From positions 39,278-103,277 of the forward strand of contig PHAL01000002.1 in assembly GCA_002840355.1 (NCBI GenBank): DNA of 64,000 bases, in the 5' to 3' direction. This document shows positions 60,125 through 64,000 of this stretch, piece after piece (position 1 is the stretch's first letter; the number at the start of each line of letters is the position of its first letter). Source of the DNA: Elusimicrobia bacterium HGW-Elusimicrobia-3 (GTDB lineage Bacteria > Elusimicrobiota > Elusimicrobia > Elusimicrobiales > UBA9959). The translations under genes were made by a program, and so were the position numbers. Below the pieces are notes generated by a model that was not told the DNA's origin, ran no database searches, and worked only from the letters and a program-made list of their open reading frames with translations.

Positions 60125-62032
60125 GTGGCCCAGATGGGCTCGCTGATGATGGAGCGCGAGGCCCAGGACCTGTCGCGCCGCTTCGAGCGCATGTGGGACA
60201 CCGACGCTTCCTATGTCAGCCAGGCCGGCCTGGAGCGGGCGCTGAAGAAGAACCCGGAGTTCCTGTTCCTGGCCTTCGCCCGCGCCGACGGCCGCGGGGT
60301 GCTGAGCGGCGGCGTGCCCGAGCTCAAGCGGTATTTCGCGGGCGCGGTGGACCTCTCGCGCGATCCGCAGTTCCTCAATGCCGTCCGTTCCGGCCTGCCG
60401 GCGCTGGGCGGCTTCGAGATGATCTACGACATGCCCATCTGCCGCGCCGTCTACCCCATAGACGGCGGCTATTACGCCTTCGCCGCGGTCAACCTGCGCG
60501 ACCTCTTCGTTAAGCTCCGCACGCAGCGGCTGGGGCGGACCGGCGGCCTGCTGCTGTCGGACGCGGCCGGCAACTCGCTGACCCTCTCGGGCTCCTTCGA
60601 GAAATTCAACGGCGCCGAGGTGCGCGAGATACTCGGGCGCGGGCCGGTGTTCGAGATCTCCGGGCGCGAAGGGGCCTATATCGGCGCGGCCGCGCCGGTG
60701 CGCGGCTTCGACCTGTTCATGGTGGCCCTGGAGAACAAGGCCGAGGCCTTCGCCGGCATCAACCGCATCTCCTGGCTGATGGCCTTCTTCCTGCTCGCGG
60801 TGGTCACCACCTTCTATTTCTCGGCGCTGCTCTTCACCCGCCGCCTGGGCACGCCCGTGGCCGCGCTGATGGACGGCGCGCTGCGCGTGTCCGCCGGCGA
60901 GTTCAAAACCCCCGTCAGCGAAGTTACGGAGTTCGCGGAACTGGGGGCCCTGCTTAAATCCTTCAACTCTATGATGAAGGAAGTGGACCGCTACCACGGC
61001 ATACAGGTGGAGAAGGTTTTCGAAGAGAAGCAGAAGCTGGAGCTGCTCGTCAGCCTGATCCACGACGCCATCCTGCTGACCGACATGCGCGGCGAGCTGC
61101 TGTACGCCAATGCCGCGGCCCGCGAGATCCTGGGCCCGGACGCCGTACCCGGCGAGAACGAGCGGCTGCGCCGCAAGGTCTCCGCCTTGGTGGACAAGAA
61201 GGCCCGCTCCAAGAGCGGCGTGATAGAACTGGAGCTCGACGGCGCGGCGCGCTACTACCGCATGAGCGTGCAGACCCTGTCGGCCAAGACGCAGAACCCC
61301 GCCATCTTCATCGTGCTGCGCGACATCACCCTGGAGCGCAAGATGCAGAAGATGAAAGAGGAGTTCTTCCATTCCGTCGCCCACGACCTGCGCGCCCCGC
61401 TGCTGACGATGCAGGGCTACATCAAGCTGCTGGAGAAGGAATTCGAGCCCGGGGCCAAGCAGGCCGGCTACGTGCGCAACGTCAAGGACTCCAGCGACCG
61501 TCTGTTCAAGCTGCTCGAGAACATCCTGGACATCTCGCGCATGGAGGCCGGCCAGCTGAAGCCGGACCTGAAGCCAGTGGACGCCGGCGCCTTCCTGGAG
61601 TCGGCCGCGGACAGCTACCGCGCCATTTACGACGAGAAGGGCGTGGCCCTGCGCGTGGAACTTCCGGCCGGGCGGGCGGAGTTCTCCGCCGACCGGGAAC
61701 TGCTGCGCCGCGTGCTCGAGAACCTGCTCTCCAACGCCTGGAAGTTCACCCCCAGGGGGGGCAGCGTGACCGCCTCGGCCAGGGGGGAGGGCGGCCAGAT
61801 ACTCTTTTCGGTCAGCGACAGCGGCCCCGGCGTGCCGCCGGACCAGCTGGAAACCGTTTTCGAGAAGTACAAGCGGCTCAAGTCGGGGGAGGGCGAGTCG
61901 GGCTTCGGCCTGGGCCTGGCCATAGCCCGCAAGATAGTGGAGCTGCATGGCGGCCGCATCTGGGCCGAAGCCGCGCCCGGAGGCGGGGCGACTTTCTGCT
62001 TCGTAGTGCCGGCCGCGGCCGGAAAAAGATAG
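60125..62032 (+). CDS. Sensor histidine kinase (periplasmic sensor, TM, HAMP, PAS-like, HisKA, HATPase_c); the N-terminus may be disrupted
   Basis: H-box FFHSVAHDLRAPL, N/G boxes (NAWKFT, DSGPGVP, GFGLGLAI), and TM WLMAFFLLAVVTTFYFSALLF followed by HAMP. The expected TM1 lies upstream in another frame. Confidence 0.8.
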   Translation: MAQMGSLMMEREAQDLSRRFERMWDTDASYVSQAGLERALKKNPEFLFLAFARADGRGVLSGGVPELKRYFAGAVDLSRDPQFLNAVRSGLPALGGFEMIYDMPICRAVYPIDGGYYAFAAVNLRDLFVKLRTQRLGRTGGLLLSDAAGNSLTLSGSFEKFNGAEVREILGRGPVFEISGREGAYIGAAAPVRGFDLFMVALENKAEAFAGINRISWLMAFFLLAVVTTFYFSALLFTRRLGTPVAALMDGALRVSAGEFKTPVSEVTEFAELGALLKSFNSMMKEVDRYHGIQVEKVFEEKQKLELLVSLIHDAILLTDMRGELLYANAAAREILGPDAVPGENERLRRKVSALVDKKARSKSGVIELELDGAARYYRMSVQTLSAKTQNPAIFIVLRDITLERKMQKMKEEFFHSVAHDLRAPLLTMQGYIKLLEKEFEPGAKQAGYVRNVKDSSDRLFKLLENILDISRMEAGQLKPDLKPVDAGAFLESAADSYRAIYDEKGVALRVELPAGRAEFSADRELLRRVLENLLSNAWKFTPRGGSVTASARGEGGQILFSVSDSGPGVPPDQLETVFEKYKRLKSGEGESGFGLGLAIARKIVELHGGRIWAEAAPGGGATFCFVVPAAAGKR

Positions 62033-62050
62033 CGCCAGGGGGAGAACAAT

Positions 62051-64000
62051 ATGCAGAAGAGCGATAAACAGAAGAGCGGAAAGGGCCTTTATATAGCGGC
62101 CGTGGCTTTTTCACTTGTCTGGATCGTCCTCGGCCAGGTCGTGCAGGTGACCCGGTCGTTCGATAACAAGTGGAGCGATATCCGCCTCATTTTCCCGATG
62201 TACCTGTCGGTGCCTTTCACCGCTGACGGCGATTATACTTTCCTTTTCGGCAAGTATGTGAACAAACCTCCGGACGAAAAGATAACGATCACGGCCATAG
62301 ACGAGTACACCGTAAGCAGGTACGGCTTTCCCTTCAAGCGCAAGTATTACGGCCAGGTGATAGACAAGCTCAACGCGCTCGGAGTAAAATCGATCGGTAT
62401 CGACGTCATGTTCTTCGAGTCGGACAAGGACGACCTCGCCAACGACGCCCGGTTCATTTCTTCCGTGGCCAAGTGGGGCAATGTGGTCAATCTTTTCGCC
62501 ATAGACAAGGACAGCCTGAAGATCAAGAAGCCGATCCCGGGCCTGGCGGCGCGCAGCGCCTATATGGCCTATCCTAACTCCGATATCAGCCTGGACAGCG
62601 ACGGTCACGCCAGGCATTTCTTCCTGTTCTACCCCGGGGTCGACGAGGACCTGGACGGCGTGGAGGAGAAGGCAGTGCAGTACAAGACGCTCGGCATGGG
62701 GAAACTGCGCTGCAGCCCCAAGTGCGACGAGGCCCGGGTGGCTTCGCTGGGCATGGCTACCTATGCCGTAGCCACCGGCAAGCCTCTTATCGAGTATGAA
62801 ATGCAGTACGGCAGTTCGGCGATGACGCTGAATTACCGCTACCCGCGTTACAGGAAGGCGCATCCAGGCTGGAAGAAGCCTTCCGGAGAGACGGTGAATT
62901 CCACTTTCCGGCATATTTCCGTCGCGGACATCATAGAGGGCAACCTCTCCAAGGAGGAGAAAGAGGCCCTGAACGGCGGCATGACGCTCATCGGCTCCAC
63001 CGCGCTCGGCACCTACGACCACTTCCCGTCGCCGTTCTCCACCCTGTTCCCCGGGGTTGAGATCCACGCGACGTGCATGGATAACCTGAAGTTCAACGAT
63101 TCCCTGAAGAAATTCAACGAATTCTACCTCACGCTGCTGATACTGCTGCTGCCCTGGCTGGCCCTGTATATCAACAGGTTCTCCCTTAAGACGATGGTCT
63201 TCATGTCGGCGGGGGTCCTGGGCGCGCTGCTGGTCCTGGACTACGTGCTGCTCATCAACCTTTACACCGTCCCGTTCCTGGTCGTCGCGCTGGCTTTCGC
63301 CATACCGGCCATCTACGCGATAGTGAACAAAGGCCTTAACGAGGGCCGCGAGAAGCGATGGATAAAGAGCACCTTCGGCCAGTACCTCTCCCCCAAGGTG
63401 GTGGACCTGATCACCAAGGACCCGTCCAAGCTGTCGCTGGGCGGCGAGAAGCGCGACATGACCGCCTTCTTCCTGGACCTGGCCGGCTTCACGACGATGT
63501 CGGAGAAGCTGTCCCCCGAAGAGCTGACCGCGATGCTGGTGGAGTACCTGTCCGCGTTCACCGACGTCATCCTCAAGCACGACGGCACCGTGGACAAGTA
63601 TATCGGCGACTGCATCATGGCCTTCTGGAACGCCCCGCTGGACCAGGCCGACCACCGCAGGCTCGGCATCCTGGCGGCCATCGACTGCCAGACGGAGATG
63701 GCGCGCCTCAACGAGACCCTGACCCAGTTCGCCATCAAGCCCAAGTGCCGCGTGGGCGTGAATTCCGGCCACATGGTAGTGGGCAACATGGGCTCCAAGT
63801 CCCGCCTTTCCTACACCGTGATGGGAGACACCGTCAACATGGCCTCGCGCATGGAAGGCGCCAACAAGTACTTCCACTCCAAGATCATGACCAGCGAAGC
63901 CACCTTCGGCGACCTGAAGGACGCTTTCGACTACCGCTACCTGGGCAGCATCCGGGTGGTGGGCAAGGCCATCCCGACCAAGGTCTACGAGCCTTTCGCC
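62051..64000 (+). CDS. CHASE2-domain class III adenylate/guanylate cyclase; 3' end lies outside the window
   Basis: This ORF is absent from the track because it has no stop in the window. I translated it by hand from the ATG at 62051 (GGGGGAG upstream). It has a CHASE2-like region (ITAIDEYTVSRYGFPFKRKYY...GIDVMFFE), TM helices, and a cyclase core (TAFFLDLAGFT...DKYIGDCIMAFW...MGDTVNMASRMEG). Confidence 0.85.
   Translation, partial: MQKSDKQKSGKGLYIAAVAFSLVWIVLGQVVQVTRSFDNKWSDIRLIFPMYLSVPFTADGDYTFLFGKYVNKPPDEKITITAIDEYTVSRYGFPFKRKYYGQVIDKLNALGVKSIGIDVMFFESDKDDLANDARFISSVAKWGNVVNLFAIDKDSLKIKKPIPGLAARSAYMAYPNSDISLDSDGHARHFFLFYPGVDEDLDGVEEKAVQYKTLGMGKLRCSPKCDEARVASLGMATYAVATGKPLIEYEMQYGSSAMTLNYRYPRYRKAHPGWKKPSGETVNSTFRHISVADIIEGNLSKEEKEALNGGMTLIGSTALGTYDHFPSPFSTLFPGVEIHATCMDNLKFNDSLKKFNEFYLTLLILLLPWLALYINRFSLKTMVFMSAGVLGALLVLDYVLLINLYTVPFLVVALAFAIPAIYAIVNKGLNEGREKRWIKSTFGQYLSPKVVDLITKDPSKLSLGGEKRDMTAFFLDLAGFTTMSEKLSPEELTAMLVEYLSAFTDVILKHDGTVDKYIGDCIMAFWNAPLDQADHRRLGILAAIDCQTEMARLNETLTQFAIKPKCRVGVNSGHMVVGNMGSKSRLSYTVMGDTVNMASRMEGANKYFHSKIMTSEATFGDLKDAFDYRYLGSIRVVGKAIPTKVYEPFA

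Overview
Visibly GC-rich (not computed), gene-dense chromosomal segment from a diderm bacterium of uncertain lineage. Diderm markers are LolCDE, TolC/MacAB, several outer-membrane beta-barrels, a CsgG-like channel and a T9SS-type C-terminal sorting domain. I call 53 protein genes and see no rRNA, tRNA, CRISPR array, IS element or prophage. Most of the content is housekeeping or ordinary accessory metabolism. This includes dnaK-dnaJ-rsmE, comM/yifB, dprA-topA, xerC/D, lysS, lolCE-lolD, mcsA-mcsB, ndk, murQ and PBP4. It also includes alpha-amylase, nrfHA with system II cytochrome c biogenesis, fused formiminotransferase-cyclodeaminase, acyl-CoA dehydrogenase with etfBA, and many two-component proteins. 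Six things deserve a second look. (1) At 4032-11088, a Zn-ribbon/HEAT membrane protein, a 753-aa acidic Pro/Glu/Ala repeat protein and a DnaA-domain-III-like AAA+ lacking a DNA-binding domain sit together; the last two seem to share a C-terminal domain. (2) A promoter, structured leader and intrinsic terminator lie directly upstream of a secreted Kelch-repeat T9SS-type cargo gene (27109-27330); the 5' half resembles the GEMM-I core. (3) A ~100-130 bp structured intergenic repeat occurs in two inverted copies (32849-32980 and 45250-45367) with different but still complementary outer stems. (4) Two candidate small structured RNAs lie at 17549-17727 and 54589-54705. (5) A receiver-domain-fused GspE/PilB ATPase has no other secretion or pilus genes nearby and is followed by a kinase carrying a Gly/Gln/Arg repeat. 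(6) A sensor kinase has its first TM helix in a different reading frame (60076-60130). All functional calls come from reading motifs by eye. No database search, folding or statistics were run.
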